DNA of 64,000 nucleotides from Aplysia californica (Eukaryota), in the NCBI RefSeq assembly GCF_000002075.1, contig NW_004797376.1:1191313-1255312 (forward strand), given 5' to 3'. Below the pieces are notes generated by a model. The model did no database searches and was not told the origin of the DNA. It worked only from the letters and a program-made list of their open reading frames with translations. Within the stretch, counting starts at the first letter, position 1, and each line of letters opens with the position of its first letter. Shown one piece after another: positions 35,706 to 49,707 of the stretch. The position numbers and the translations under genes are program-made.

Positions 35706-35748
35706 AACAAAATATGGCTTTACCTGAAATTTCTCTCTCTTTATGTGA

Positions 35749-36148
35749 GGCATCGTGGTGAAATCAGGCGCTCATCAAAATAATGGCTTCGGAGAAACCG
35801 GCATTTTGCGGCCCTTTGAGCAATTTTTATCAGTTTTTCTGTTTTGGCCTCAACACCTTTTATATATATATTTAAAAACACATTTCTGTGTGGATTTTAC
35901 TTGAAAGCGTTGATCAGAAGCACAAAAAATATACATTTTCTGTTTCCATGGACTCTGAAATTTTGGAAATCACCAAACTTTGACAGCATTTTCTCGCAAT
36001 TTTATCTGTGCTAACAAGTGACCCCTACCTCCTTTAAACATAAATAACTCAGCTTCTATTCATCAAAAGCAAACCAAACGAACAAGCTTTAAGATGACAA
36101 CAATAACTCCAAATGCCCAATTGATGAGTGCCTGATTCCACTGTGTCT
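35749..36148. mobile_element. MITE (PIF/Harbinger-like ends)
   Basis: GGCATCGTGGTGAAATCAGGCGCTCATCA with an inverted copy at ~36122-36148. Isolated right ends occur at ~21820-21850, ~28972-29001 and ~53268-53298. Confidence 0.65.
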
Positions 36149-37021
36149 TGACACATATTATATTGTAGATTTTATGTGCCATGTTTTGATAATTTTTTTA
36201 TTCATTATTTTTTTTTATTGTTGTGTGGAACCTGGAGAAGACTCACAGAAATTGATGTACAAAAAAGTGGGTAGACATGGAGTAACATTAAGAGGTGAGC
36301 CCAGGATATTGACAGGTGGAAAGTGTTTTTGGTGTATACCCTGATGCAGGGTGAGAAAGGCAATGATGATGATGTCTCTCTTGCAGCCTACTAAACACAG
36401 GGAATTTACAGAAGTTGAAGTAATAAAGGTTTTGCAAAACATTGTGCGTAGCAGGTGAGATGTTAGTTATTAAAAAACTTGCTGTCTGGTGCTGGTGCAT
36501 TAAAGTCTACAGTGTTTTAAGAAAACCTGTGGTGATGTTCAAACGTTACATTTGGTGCTGGGAACACTGTATGATTCATTTGTTTCTTGATAGCATTTCT
36601 CATCTCAAATGTATGCACATTAATCAAGAGCTTATTATAAGTCCTCATACCTGCTTATCGTCGCTGTTGCAAGCGATCTACTTAAGTCCAAATTTTGAGA
36701 TTTTTCTATTTTTACACCCTCCCAAAGACTGATTGAAGATGCATCTTTCAACATCACCAAAGTTCAGTTTAATGCTATGGTCAAGACTTCTTGCTTTTCA
36801 TGATTGCTGATATGAACAACACAACAAAAACTTTTTTTTAGTCTCTGGTGTATAAAGTACCGAAACAGACTTGAGTGGATTGCTTGTGACACTGATGATA
36901 TATACACATGCTGTCCTCAAAGTCTGGACACATCTATGAATTATCTATTATCTCAGATTGAAGCCAGTGTGGACTTATTGCATCATTTTCATGTGAATTG
37001 CTTAAAGTGCTTTGATCTGTG

Positions 37022-37025
<4 letters not shown>

Positions 37026-37092
<67 letters not shown>
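37026..37092. repeat. (TA)n microsatellite
   Basis: Direct reading. Another lies at ~31778-31814. Confidence 0.95.
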
Positions 37093-37095
<3 letters not shown>

Positions 37096-37458
37096 TGATG
37101 GAAATCATAATATCGTAGATGATGTTTGTTAATATTTCAGTTGAACAAATTGATATAACGAAACATTTTACATTATTTCTTGAAAATATAGGTTTTTGCC
37201 TTGATGTCCAGACGTAAGGGATACTCTGTTTGAATCTATAGAGTTTACTCATAAGTTCTTAACTTGTTATAACTCGAAAGATGTTGGGCCTGTGCTCTTC
37301 AACTCCGTCAGTGCCATATTAAAATATTTTCAAATTCTTTCCTGTTTTATTTGAAATGACACGGTGCACGCACCCTCAAAATTCCATCTCTTCATATAGA
37401 ATGGTTTTTTAGCTTATAGTTTTAGTTTTTAAAGCCATAAAATGAACAAAATAAAATG

Positions 37459-37814
37459 TGGCGTCGGTGGCCTAGTGGTTAGGCTCTCGGACTCGCAACC
37501 GTAAGGTCGTGGGTTCGAATCCCGTCAAGGGCCCGACGTTGTGTCCTTGGGAAAGGCACTTCACACGAATTTTCCTCACTTCACCCAGGTGGGAATGGGT
37601 ACCCGGCTATAGACAGCGAAAGATCTTGTCAGTTTGTTAGTGTTTGAGCGCTTAATCAGCTGCTCGCACTGTATGCTTCCAGGGAAGCTGAGAATGTTTC
37701 GGAGTGTACTATGGTCTGCTGGGGTAATAATATAGTGTAAAGCGCATAGAGCCTGCTGTTGAGCGGGGATATAGATGCGCTATACAAATGCTATCTATTA
37801 TTATTATTATTATT
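37459..37814 (+). mobile_element. Young intact tRNA-derived SINE with L2-type 3' tail
   Basis: A box TGGCCTAGTGG, B box GGTTCGAATCC, core TTGTGTCCTTGGGAAAGGCACTT...CACCCAGGTG...ATGGGTACC, tail TGTAAAGCGC...GCGCTATACAAATGC(TAT)n. A diverged copy lies at ~40505-40855. Confidence 0.9.
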
Positions 37815-37868
37815 CATTGTGAGGAAATGAGCAAAAACATCACAAAATTGCTTTAAAGTTTTAACTTA

Positions 37869-38280
37869 AAAAATCATTGTATTGGCTTACAATGATATGG
37901 AGCTTAAAAAATAATTGTATTGGCTCACAATGATATGGAGCTTAATCATTGTATTGGCTCACAATGATATGGAGCTTAAACAATCATTGTATTGGCTCAC
38001 AATGATATGGAGCTTAAAAAATCATTGTATTGGCTCACAATGATATGGAGCTTAAAAAATCATTGTATTGGCTCACAATGATATGGAGCTTAAACAATCA
38101 TTGTATTGGCTCACAATGATATGGAGCTTAAAAAATCATTGTATTGGCTCACAATGATATGGAGCTTAAACAATCATTGTATTGGCTCACAATGATATGG
38201 AGCTTAAAAAATCATTGTATTGGCTCACAATGATATGGAGCTTAAAAAATCGTTGTATTGGCTCACAATGATATGGAGCT
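37869..38280. repeat. 38-bp minisatellite, ~11 copies
   Basis: Unit AAAATCATTGTATTGGCTCACAATGATATGGAGCTTAA, near-identical copies. Confidence 0.97.
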
Positions 38281-38472
38281 ATCTTTTTGAAATAGGACTT
38301 TGAGCTTCCATTTCATTTAGTATGTAATTCTCAAAGGAAGTTTCTTAAAACCTCTAAAACATTGTCTTGCCCCAAACTGGACCCAAAAAATCAGTGTGTG
38401 GCCCTAACTTGTTATAATCAAAATATGTTGGGTTTTGTTCAATTAGAGAGGTAGAAGTTGATATTGAAACTG

Positions 38473-38651
38473 TGCGGTGGTTGGCAGGTACTTTGGTGTG
38501 GTTTGCTCCTTCTTTCCCATCAAGCATCTATCGTCCTGAACTTTCCTTCTTTTATTGTGTTTTTACTCTCTTGTAACACCTGTAATCTTCAGCAATTATG
38601 TGACCTTATTATGTTGCAAGTGCTGTAAAACACTTACTAAAACTAAACTAA
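38473..38651 (+). mobile_element. Family A element
   Basis: Same body as 31145-31315, flanked by TTGAAACTGT / TTGAAGCTGT (TSD, 1 mismatch). Confidence 0.85.
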
Positions 38652-41086
38652 GTTGAAGCTGTCAAGTTTTATCATTTAAGTTCTGCTTTGTTTATTTTTG
38701 CCTAGTGCCTATTGACACTTACATAATCTACTCTCAGAATCAGGAAGTCAAACATTCATTGTCATGTTCATTGGTTTGTTAAAATTTCACCATGTTTGCT
38801 TATTTTTGCTCACTGCTAACCAATGTTTTTTTAAATCAAGAAATTAATTTCTCATTGCAGTGTTTATTTGTTTGTTAAAAAGAGCTTTTATGCTGTTAGC
38901 TTTGCTTTGTGTATTCTTTCACTCAGTGCCTATTGATTTCAAAATCCCATTGTAGCTTTGTTGATTTTCTTTACAGTAATGCTGTATAAGTAGTGATCAA
39001 GATCTATACTTTCCTCACTTCTGTTACATCCCATGTCAGACTTATTGAAATTTATTGCAAATTATTTTTTTTCAATAAACTGATAGAGTTTTCTGTGAAA
39101 GCAAGTTGTCAGTCTTTTTTCTATTAACAACCCTTCTATTAACAACCCTGATGAGAAAGTTATTAATTTGTTTCACAAGATGAACAGATGCTTTGAGGAA
39201 AGGAGCAGTCACCCCTCATCTGTTTCAGTAGCCTCATGTTTCCCATGCCTTTTTAAAAAAATCTGTTTTAGGGCTACAGTCTTGCCAACTGTTCTGAATT
39301 TCCCAGGATTGTTCAGGTTTTGGTAGTCAGGATTTTGAGAGCCTCAGCACAAACATTACACCCAAACCAGCCCCTGTTGATGGAATTTTGTCCATTGTTA
39401 TAGTATGGTAGTCTGATGTTATAACTTTGGTGTCCCCAACTGAGTTTTGTTGCTGTTTGCGTGATCCTTCCTTTTGTCCTAAATTTCAGGCTATTTAAAC
39501 ACAGCTGATATCATTCAAAGACTCGACGTCCATTTCGGACCGATTGTCACTGAGACTGAGAGAAAATACACACCGCACTACCCAAGTCGTGACAAGACAA
39601 CAAAGGGGAGCGGCACCAAGAACACTCTTACTCGCGAGAAAGAATTAACTTTCGATTCAAGCGTAGCTTGAAATCTCAGGCACTATAAAGCGAGCGAGCT
39701 TTTTGTGCGCAACAAGCAAATTTTAAACAACATTTCAAGCCCTTGTCCCGACACGCTCGCTTTTATCATGAGCAAGGGTTCTCTCTGTGCTTCCCCTTAT
39801 ACTGAGAGAATACCCTTCACTGAAAGCTGTAGGCCTACATGTATAGAAATGAAATTGTATTGACAATACTTAGTATTTTTTATGCTCTCATCCACACAAT
39901 TTATATTGTTTAGGAGGTGGGATTCAACCCTGATGGTCGTTAGGGCTCAACCAAATTGCTGAGAGGGATACAACATCCAAACAGAAAGACTGAGATGCTT
40001 GATAAAAATTCTCCCAATAGGATAGGATATATTGAACTCGGGTCTTCTGCGTGCTATGGTAATATATATGCTTAACTGCTACACAATAGACGTTGGTGAA
40101 CTTAGTATGAAGTTGGGTTTTTTTCAAACTTTCAACAACAAAAAATTAAGTGTACTTGCCTCTGAATTTTACATCCGAATCCAATAAGAATGAGTCAAAT
40201 GAGTTTGAGAGCCTTAAAAAAACACAAAATGACCAGAGTTCAAAAATGCCCAGCCAGGTATTCGAAGAAGGACCATCTGCTCAGTAGTTCAGCATGATAC
40301 CTACTGAACTAATGGAGATATTAAAAGCCTATTTTCCCTTATGCCATTTTTACTTTACGTGACAAGAGGCCAGTTTCACTGGCAATGTCGATGACAAATA
40401 ACGTATCCACACAGTTGATGTTGTAAAACTTCGATGCTATACCAGACAATTAAGGCCTTTTCAAGAACAAAATAGGTAGGCTACCCGTGTGAGGATATGG
40501 AGGGGCACACCCTTAGCACAGTTGGTATCAGTACATGTATCATGCTGGGCTATTGTAGAGATGACCCTGGTTCAAATCTCCAATGGGTCATTTTGACCTA
40601 TACTATACCTCTAAGCTTAATCGTGTCACCCAGGTCGGAATGTTACCTGGCCATAGATACTGAAAGTTCTTGTCAGTATGTGAGTGTTTTAGCGCGCCCA
40701 TAAAATGGCAGCTTGTACTAAATGTGTCCCAGGAAGTTGAGATTGTCTCAGAATGCTAAGAGGTCTACCAGGATATTAATTGTAAAGCACATGGAGCTTG
40801 CTGTTAAGTGGGAATTTGTGTAACACAAATGCTATCTGTTATTATTATTATTATTGATTTTGTTTTGTCATTTTTCAAGGCTTTCCAACTACTTGTCTTG
40901 GTGCTTTTAGTGATCTGAGACCTCATTGACATGCCACTGAGATAGGCCCTACTGAGAAGAAATATTCCAGGGTGGACTTTAAAAAAACAACTGTATCCCA
41001 TGGTTACCCAAACTTGAAACTTTTGCATTGACAATCAAGTTTGTAATAGGCTGTGCCAGAAGGGGCTGTTGCACTGCTCATTTGTC

Positions 41087-41280
41087 GAAGTTTAGTTTTG
41101 TAAGAGTTTTACAGCACTTGCAACACAAATCAGTCATATAAGTGCTGAAGATTTAGAGGCGTTACTACTTACTATAGAGTAACAATAGTAACATTCAAAA
41201 AAGAGGAGAAGAGAAAAGGATGATAGATATTTGATACGAAAGAAGGAGCCAACCACACGAGAGCACTCGCCAACCATCCA
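41087..41280 (-). mobile_element. Family A element
   Basis: 10-bp perfect TSD CTCATTTGTC at 41077-41086 and 41281-41290. Confidence 0.85.
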
Positions 41281-44200
41281 CTCATTTGTCTGAGACTTTG
41301 AAAAGCAAAAAGCAAAACAAAAAAAATCAAGAGTTGTGAAAAGATTTCTAACAAACACTTTATTTGTTGTAAATGATAAAGACAAGTTTGTAAAGTCACC
41401 AGCACAAAGGAGGAGGAAGAGGAAGAGTGAATATATCTGTAAAGTCAAGAGTTGTTTAAAACACCTTGGCAAAAACTGCTGTCGCTCAGTCCCCTAATTA
41501 TGCCTATCACGCCCTTGGTAACAACATCATATATCATAAAAGATTTTTAAAAATGAGGGGGAGAGGGAGACTTCTAGTATAAGTCAGACTGTGTTGCAGC
41601 TGCAAACAATTTGCAAATAATGAGTCAGTTGTTGTCAAAACCAGAACTCTATGCATTACAGGCTAAATTCCACACACAAGCTGCTATATATATTTATGAG
41701 AATGATGTACACCAAAATCACGGACCAAATAAAAATTTTTAGCTGCACTACAGAACATTTTCATCAATTTCAAAACAAATATTTTTAATTAAATTACAAA
41801 TGCTGTTCTTTGTTTCACAAAACAGCTAAAGGAATCATATGGCCGAAAGAAAAAACTGATTAGCTGCAAAACTTTAACCAGTCTTTTACAAAACAATTTA
41901 TTCAGTGTAAGACAGATGGCAAGCTTTAATTCTCGAGTAACAGGATAAAAATTTGCATAACAGCTTCGGCTGATGTCATGACTGCTCCTGTCGGTCTCTG
42001 AATAATGAATGAACTACCAATATCTTGAGCACTATGACACATTTGCGCAGAGACCATACCACGAAAAGATAACATACAAAGTGTGATTTAACACAAAAAC
42101 TAAATACATATAAGCCCTTCATTTTCAAAAAGGGGTCAAGAATCGGGTAATGCAGATGCTCAATATTTAACATTTCATTTGAATAGTTCTTGCAACATTT
42201 CATTCGTTATCTTTTTGCAATGAAATCTACTGTCACATTTGATTGGTATTTTCTAATGTAAACCAGGAACAGCCTCAAAACTAGTCTTTTGCAAGAGATT
42301 TAGTATCATTTGTTCCTTCTCACATTAAGCAAACTGGGATAAACTGAGGCCCTAGTGCCCTAATGGCCATTAAAGTAGTTCACTCATCGACAGTTTAATC
42401 TCAGGATATTGACTAACTCACTAACTTCTTCAGTCTTATTTTCAATGCCAAGGTGAAAACGTTCTAGGTTTGAGTAAAAATTATGCATTGCAATTTATCA
42501 GTTGCACATGGCAAACAATAATGCACGGACAAGATAGAGAAAGATTTCTTCACTCAAAACTTTTAGATTCTACCTCCCCTGTCAAGAAGTAATATTCAAA
42601 GCCTTGGGCTTGCATTACAGAGGGATTCAACTTTCACATCAGCGTGTAATGCTTTCAAGTTCTCTCCTTACCATACTTCCTTGAAGGGGGAGGGGAATGG
42701 AACTTGGGGTACACACCGATAACACTCCGACCACTGGTTTTTGTACAGAACGCTTTCAAGAACTGACCTCATAATTCAGAATTCACCATCCCAAACTTCT
42801 CCTACCCCTTTGAAAATAAAAGATATGGATATGGTATAAGAATTTCAAGTACAGTATCAAAAATCTGTCCAACAATTAGCTGATCTTTGCAAAACCCCGT
42901 AGAATAGTGAAAAAGCAGATGCGATGCTTTGAATAAAATTATACCATTATATGATTATAGAATTTCAGAGGGCAAAACAGAGCAAACAAAAACTAATCGG
43001 CACAAAATTCTTGGCAAAGGCAGAATATTATTTTGAAACAAACTTTTGACACGTGCATGCAGTACCAGATTACCGTCACAACAATAGAAGTGCAAGGACT
43101 GTGTGTAGCAGGACGACATACTGTACATCCCAAACAGGCACGCTAATACATGTAGGAAATCCTTGTTGTACAAACAGCCCACACCACACATACATATAAG
43201 ACCAAGCAAATAAGGAGGCTCCTTTTGAATTGAAATACTCGACACAGGTAAATAAAACAAGAACAGAGAAGTGAATTGTCTCTTTGTCTGAATTAAAAAG
43301 AACGTACAGAAATTCACAAACAGTAGAAGCTCTACATTCAAAGTTTAAATACAGACAGTTCACTTGATATAATACCTGTTAATATGTTTTAAATTACAAG
43401 ATAGGCTTCACTTATATATATACATTACATAGAAACCATGAGGACTAAAACAAGAGCAGATTAAACTCGTAATAGTAATAATATAGTACAAATGTGAAGC
43501 GTCAACAGTGATACATAAAAAGTTAAAATATATTTCTAGCACCATTATGACTCTGCTATTATTCAATAAAGGAAATATATCAATAGCATTGCTCCATAAA
43601 GTAGAGCACATTTTGACAGTCACACAAACTTAAGTTTAGAATCTTAAGAACAATGAACTTCTCTCAAAGCAAGTATATAATTATTAATTTCTCAATTTTT
43701 AATTCCACACAATTCCATATATTGAGGACTGCTTATATTCCTGTTGACACAACATCTTGATGCTACTTCCCTAACCCTAATATTTTTTAAAAAATGAACT
43801 TGGATTTCACAAAATCACAACCAAATAATTGAGTCACAACTAAAAATGAAGTTTCTGTATAAGTATATGACACTTTCACAAAACAAAATGCAAGAGTTTA
43901 GCTGAAAAATCAATACGAAATCTACCTAAATCACTACAGTTTACTATGAACAAAATAGTGTCTTCCAAAGGTCTCTTTGACATTAAAGTCCATATAAACA
44001 AATTTTCTCCATCAATTTTTAAAACATGTCTGAATCATTGACCCAGTATGCCACACAACAAGTTAAGAAAAAAGGAGCAAAAGCTGCTAAAATATAGCTC
44101 AAAATGTTCACACTTCTGAATCACATTGCCTTTCTAAATAACATCCATTGATATGGCTTAAAACTGATAATAATATGAGATACTACTGGGTCTAGTAATT

Positions 44201-46166
44201 ACTAACAAACAAAAACAAACAAAACTCATAATATATGTAATTAGAAAGGACTGCCTTGATTATGCTGACAACTAAAACTTTACAGGAACACTGCATGGCT
44301 GGGGTTATAATAATATTATTATGATATAATACAACTGGAGACATGGCGACTTGTTTCACTCAGAGCGTGCGTGCATGCATTTCTTAGAGCATTTTTAAAG
44401 CTGAACACATCTTAGACACATAAGGCTCTGACATCTGCAACTGCTCTGACATGCAGAATTCAAGGTCAAATTTTGCTTCAAGAAACACTTGAAGTAAGAA
44501 CCATGAAACTAGGTTTGAATTTAACATCTGAAAATTCTAGTTGGAAGAAGGTTCTAATGTATGGTAAAACTTTAGACTGTAAAATTGTTTACAAAGTGAG
44601 ACAATTGACAAGAAAATAAGTACAAGTACTCGACCATCACCCTTATCTTGGGAAAAGGGCAACCTTTCTGTATTGAGAAGCAGTTTTACATGAAATTATA
44701 GAAAATGCACTCTTAAGATTATAGTGATACAAATTTTGAATTCTTGACAGAAACTATATCGTGTCTTTCTAATCTATGATGCTGTCACAGGATCAGAAAA
44801 CTGTCGGTCATCTTTCTCTCTTCAGAAGGAGTACAAAACAAGTACAATTTTCTACATTCTTAAAAACATCATAGCTGATGATGATCCAATAGTAAATTAA
44901 GACTGAAAGTATAATGCACGCACATTGAGCAGTACAAGAGACCCTGAAACTGAAAACATAACACAAGGCTAAATAAAAATATTTATTGTTGTTATAATAT
45001 GTCTTGTTTAGAAAATAAAATCCACTCCGTCTTAACTCTTATCTTCAGGGAAAGACAAGTTGAAATAAAAGAACATTTTAGGAACGGAAAAAGTCACCTC
45101 ATGCAGCTTGATCTTTGGCTCTCTGATTTCATTTAGCACAGACAAATTGACAAGAAAGAATTTCAACATCCCTGTCCCATGACAACAGGTCAGAGCCAAA
45201 TTAGTGTTATAGACATAATAACATTTATCTGTTGAATAGGCTACATGTTTCAAATTTCATGAACAAAAGTACTTCCATGGGCTGCACATGAGGAAAAAAA
45301 AGGGTTAAAGAGTTTGGAAGGCTTGACATGTAAAAAAAAATGTATGAAATGAAGAAATTGAATTATATTGGAAATACAAAAGGCCCCATTAACATCTACC
45401 TCAAGAATTCGTCTATGAAATTAATGTCAAAAGATATCATGGCAACAAGTTTCTGCTATAAGGCTATAAGATATTGTATCCAGTCTCATATTCCTCAAAT
45501 AGTAGCCTATTCTGTCTTTTGTGGATATGGAGAAGTAAGGAAAGGAAGGAAACGTTCATTTTTTTCCCTCTTCTATAAAACGAGGGCACTCAATAAAATT
45601 AGCATGAGGAACTGACCCAGAGGAGCTAACAAACACTGCTGTAATTACATCGCATTTTCAAGAAAGACTTTCGTTACCGGTAGGATGAACACATCTTATG
45701 AAAAAAGTCATGAATCCACTCATTTTGTTTTTCAATCCAATAGTTTAACGTTCAACTTGATGTTCACTGAACTGGTTATTCTCCATGATAAAGGGTTGAA
45801 AAAAGAATCAAGAATGTTCTGAGGCATTCCCTACTCTAACTAACAAAATACATTTAAAAGACAAAAGTACGGCTATACGCAATGTTAATTTTACACATGC
45901 AGCACATGTCTCTGCTCTGAGACTAGTACAACATGAGAGTAGTGGTAGGAGAGATTCATGTGATTAATGCATAGAACACACAAACTGCTTTCATAGTTTT
46001 GATAAAAATAACATTAATTCGGTGTAGGGAAGGAATTCAGCATATGTGTGAAAACAATAAGCAATAAATTACATGTATCTACAGCCACAGTTCTCTTGCA
46101 GCGTATACAGGGCACTTCAGTATTAAAATAACTCAGCATCATACGATCTTGCATTCGTTAACTTAA

Positions 46167-46464
46167 CTCTTAGTATATGGAAGGCTAGTACTCCTTCGTA
46201 TGCAACTAACTGTGTCATCAAATCTTCAGCATCCCAAACTATGACTCAGTTCCTATTTGACTTTGTTGAACAAAATAAACGCCAAACTGAGTAAAAATTA
46301 ATGAACCAAGCAAAAAACATGCGGCATTTAATTTTAATTATAGATAAGATGGACTGGCTGGAGTTTTGTAGATTTTTTATATGACTGTAATCAAACCGAG
46401 TGATACAGCCATGAACCAGCAACAACTTTCCGCTGTAAGGCTCATCATATATATATACTAAGAG
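46167..46464. mobile_element. TTAA-flanked MITE (piggyBac-like)
   Basis: TTAA|CTCTTAGTATAT ... ATATACTAAGAG|TTAA. Confidence 0.65.
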
Positions 46465-47105
46465 TTAAAGAGTAAACTATTGATAATGTCAGACACAAAG
46501 TGGACCATTCTGGGACGTCTTTTATTCTCTTCAGGAGCCAAAAAATAACTCATCTAAATCATTTTTTTTGCGTCATTGAATAGCAATTTAGGAGTAATCC
46601 TAAAGATTTATAGTTATGTCAATATCATGAAATCTATATTTCACCGTCAAAAAGTAAATGTTACATTTGAAACATATCCAGACCTGTCCACTTTGCACCC
46701 AACAATATCACTATGTGGAAAAAACATTTCACAAGCAGGCATCTAAGACACTTTGATCACTTGATAAAGCTTTCCAGACAAACTCAGTATAAAATCTTCA
46801 GAGTATGTACACGGGTTAGGAAATCATATATATACATTCCAACAGAGGACAAGTCAACTGACAGAAAAAAGCAGACGTGGTCTAAGAGCGAAGCAAGTTT
46901 CATCACAAAAGATCTCTTCAAAAGAAGGGGAACTCAGAAAATGAACTATTGTATTCAAGACACAAGGTTCGCTTTAGCAAAATATTACTTTCTGGTGACT
47001 TTACTAATAACAAACAACAATGAGAGAAAATGTCTTGTGTCTCCCTTATCTTGTCAAGAACAACTACCACATTAATTTTCGTTACACCTTATCATTTCAA
47101 ATCTA

Positions 47106-48159
47106 CAGTAGTCTCCGCCTAAACGCACGGTGCTCGGGAGGGCTCCTTAGCGTGTGTTTATACGGAGCGTGCGTTTACATGAACCTATGCAAGGGGAGGA
47201 AGGGACGCAGTCATCTCAATTCCTTATTACTCCAGTGACCTCCCTCGGAGGGAGGGGGGTCATTTCGGCAGATTAAAAAAAATAAATAATGTGACGATGC
47301 TTGACTTTTGTGATGGATTCCCCGACTGGGGTTAAAAATACATGGGGGAGGGGGAGAAAGACAGACTCAATGCAGTAAATATGCGATATAAACGTCGGGA
47401 ACAGATAGCCTAAGAGGAAACTGTTGGTGATAGTCATAGAGACGACGGACCGGCCACGTGGCTTTCCAAGCGACCAACCCGATCATAAATTCATGCAGAA
47501 TCATTCTCTCATTCAAAGAAACTTTTCTCTTGTGATTAGTTGAACAAGTACATTATAACATTATAAGTTCGTCGAGCGCAGCTGATAAGGCTTACTTGTT
47601 TAATCTTTAATTATTCCTGTCTAGATCTAGTGTTTTACGGCATTTACGGGTATTGCGCATCAGGCCTAGATCTAACAAAACATTACACCGTCACTCAAAC
47701 CCCAGTCAGAAACCTTCTCTCAAAGATACATTTCCAGTGACCAATCAAAAAACATTTCATTCCCGCGCCCCCAATCCCCCCCCCCCCCCCCCCCCCCCCC
47801 AAAAAAACTTTTCACCGGCCAGTCCTAGATCTCTAGATCTAGATCTATGTGTCAGTGGAAAGTTGGATGTGAAAACGCTGTCCATCACTCTCTTTGTTCG
47901 GCGAGAGGGGCACTCTCACCAATTTTCTAGGCTTGTCTTGTCTTACCAACGCAGGCTTTGCAGGTTGTAGTGAAAATATCCCTTTGTCAAGCTTTAGATC
48001 TACCTGTTGGCGTGTTTCGCAGATCGGAGCGTGCGTTTAGAGGGAGTGACTGTGCGTTTGTACGTCTTAATTATATAGTAAAAAACTCGTCAGATAACGA
48101 AAGCGTGCGTTTGAGTGGAGCGTGCTTTTGTATGGCGTGCGTTTAGGCGGAGACTACTG
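47106..48159. mobile_element. pogo/Tigger-like non-autonomous transposon
   Basis: 24-bp perfect TIR CAGTAGTCTCCGCCTAAACGCACG with TA flanks. Subterminal GCGTGCGTTT repeats. Confidence 0.9.
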
Positions 48160-48557
48160 TATTTTGTTTTCTGAAGATTTTATCCACAGGATGAAGGAAC
48201 AGATCGAATTTTGGTTTCCATTAAAATTAACCCTTGTATAATAATATTAATACTATCTTTATCTGAAAGCAAAAGAGAGCTGCAAACTTTCAGCAGCACG
48301 ACATACAAAGTCCAGAGACTTTGCCCTTTGTGTACCATTCAATAAAGCAACATGTGACTTACAGACTCAACTGTCGTCACATCTCCTTCCAAGAGAAAGA
48401 AATGGGTATATAAGTATAAAAAGAATTGGCTTAGTAAGGGAGTGATCATGAAGCAAGATGAATTTTCTAGTGTAACATTATGAAAATTATCTAACAAAAC
48501 CACCACTTTGCTGGTAACCCTGTTCCACTTAGGCCCCAGATGTAAGTGGCATATTAA

Positions 48558-48652
48558 CTCTTTCCATTCACAGTTATTTAATCAATTTTGTATGCCAACA
48601 TTTTGTATGTAGAGACTGGTAGTGCAGTGTGCGGTGAGTGGGATGGAAAGAG
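48558..48652. mobile_element. 95-bp TTAA-flanked mini-MITE
   Basis: TTAA|CTCTTTCCATTCAC ... GTGGGATGGAAAGAG|TTAA. Confidence 0.6.
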
Positions 48653-49559
48653 TTAAGAGTTACCGAGATCTGAGCAGGATTCCTTCAACAGTGGGAAGAA
48701 AACCCGAGAGTGCTGGGTAGTTCAAGAAGAAGCAACAAACCAAAAAGGCAGGTTGTCTTATAACTCTAAATTCAGTTTCTGAGGAAAAACTATCCGCTAC
48801 CACTATTTAAATAGCCCTCCATTTGTTACTGTAGGCTCCTCCGTTGTGCAGCAACAAGAATTTACAACACAGCTCAGGACGGAAGAGGAGATTAATTAAC
48901 CCGAAGTCTGGACTCCATCAAGCGCCACAAGGTGAAAGTCGTGCTCGATGGGGGAGGGGGGAGGGGAGGTACTGAGAGTCCAGTGGTGACATCATTGGTG
49001 GTGCGGGCTGGACAAAATATCAGGTGCACTCTTGCTCACACGCACACACGCAGACGGAGGCAAATCTGAAGTTTATTCCCTCTGTAAAAAAAGACCCAGA
49101 TATTTATGTTAACAGCATGAAATTGAGAGGGAAAGTCAAGCTTCAAGTTTTAAAAAAAACACATAGACATTATGATAAGCATTTGCTACTGAAAAAAAAA
49201 AGAGAGACACAAAGGAAACTATAGAATGAGAGAAAAGAAGCAGGACCCACACGTGAAGAGTCCAGTAGAGCAGAAACACAATAAAGTCCATTACAATAAC
49301 AACAGAAACAGACACAGATAGCAATGACCTACATCATTTGCTCAACCAGTCCTGCAAAGGAAATTCTTATTTGTTAAGAAGTTGTCAACTACTGAATTTT
49401 AATTATATAAGTCTTTGATGTTCACTACTTTTGCTTTTTCCTAATTTCTCAGTTTATACCAAAATATTCAAACTTGTCTAGTGACAAGAAGTGTCCGGTG
49501 GTGTTTCTGAACAAGCTTGTAATAAGATTGTAGGATTCATTTTCCGTTTGAGTTTTGAA

Positions 49560-49682
49560 TTTGAGTCTGAGTAAAGAGAAGCCCATTGACACAATAACGG
49601 TCAATTAGTGCTGGGAAAAAGTAAGACAGACAGACAGAGAAAGTAAAGAAGTAGGACTTTCCAGTGGCGCCCTACGATCACC
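49560..49682 (-). mobile_element. Short headless element family B (other copies ~50590-50720, ~54116-54248, ~55060-55232)
   Basis: Shared minus-strand body GGTG(A/G)T(T/C)G...CTGG...TC-rich...GCAC..A(T)TGACC...TGTGTC...TCTTTACTCA. Confidence 0.7.
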
Positions 49683-49707
49683 CGCAAATTTTCTGTAAAA
49701 TACTTAC

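Larger units (their letters stand above)
41345..49081 (-). other. Probable terminal exon / long 3' UTR of the SORBS/CAP gene
   Basis: Acceptor TTTTTTTACAG| at 49082/49081 supplies the AG of the stop codon. The region is U-rich on the minus strand with no LINEs or SINEs recognised. AATAAA on minus at ~41359-41364, with other candidate sites more proximal. The distal end is inferred. Confidence 0.5.

Noticed and set aside
37459-37535. tRNA gene (A/B boxes; also ~225-285 and ~32965-33045)
   Set aside because: No clean acceptor stem or terminator, and each continues into a SINE core and tail.
37869-38280. CRISPR-like palindromic ~38-bp repeats
   Set aside because: The units are directly adjacent with no unique spacers, there are no cas genes, and the context is eukaryotic.
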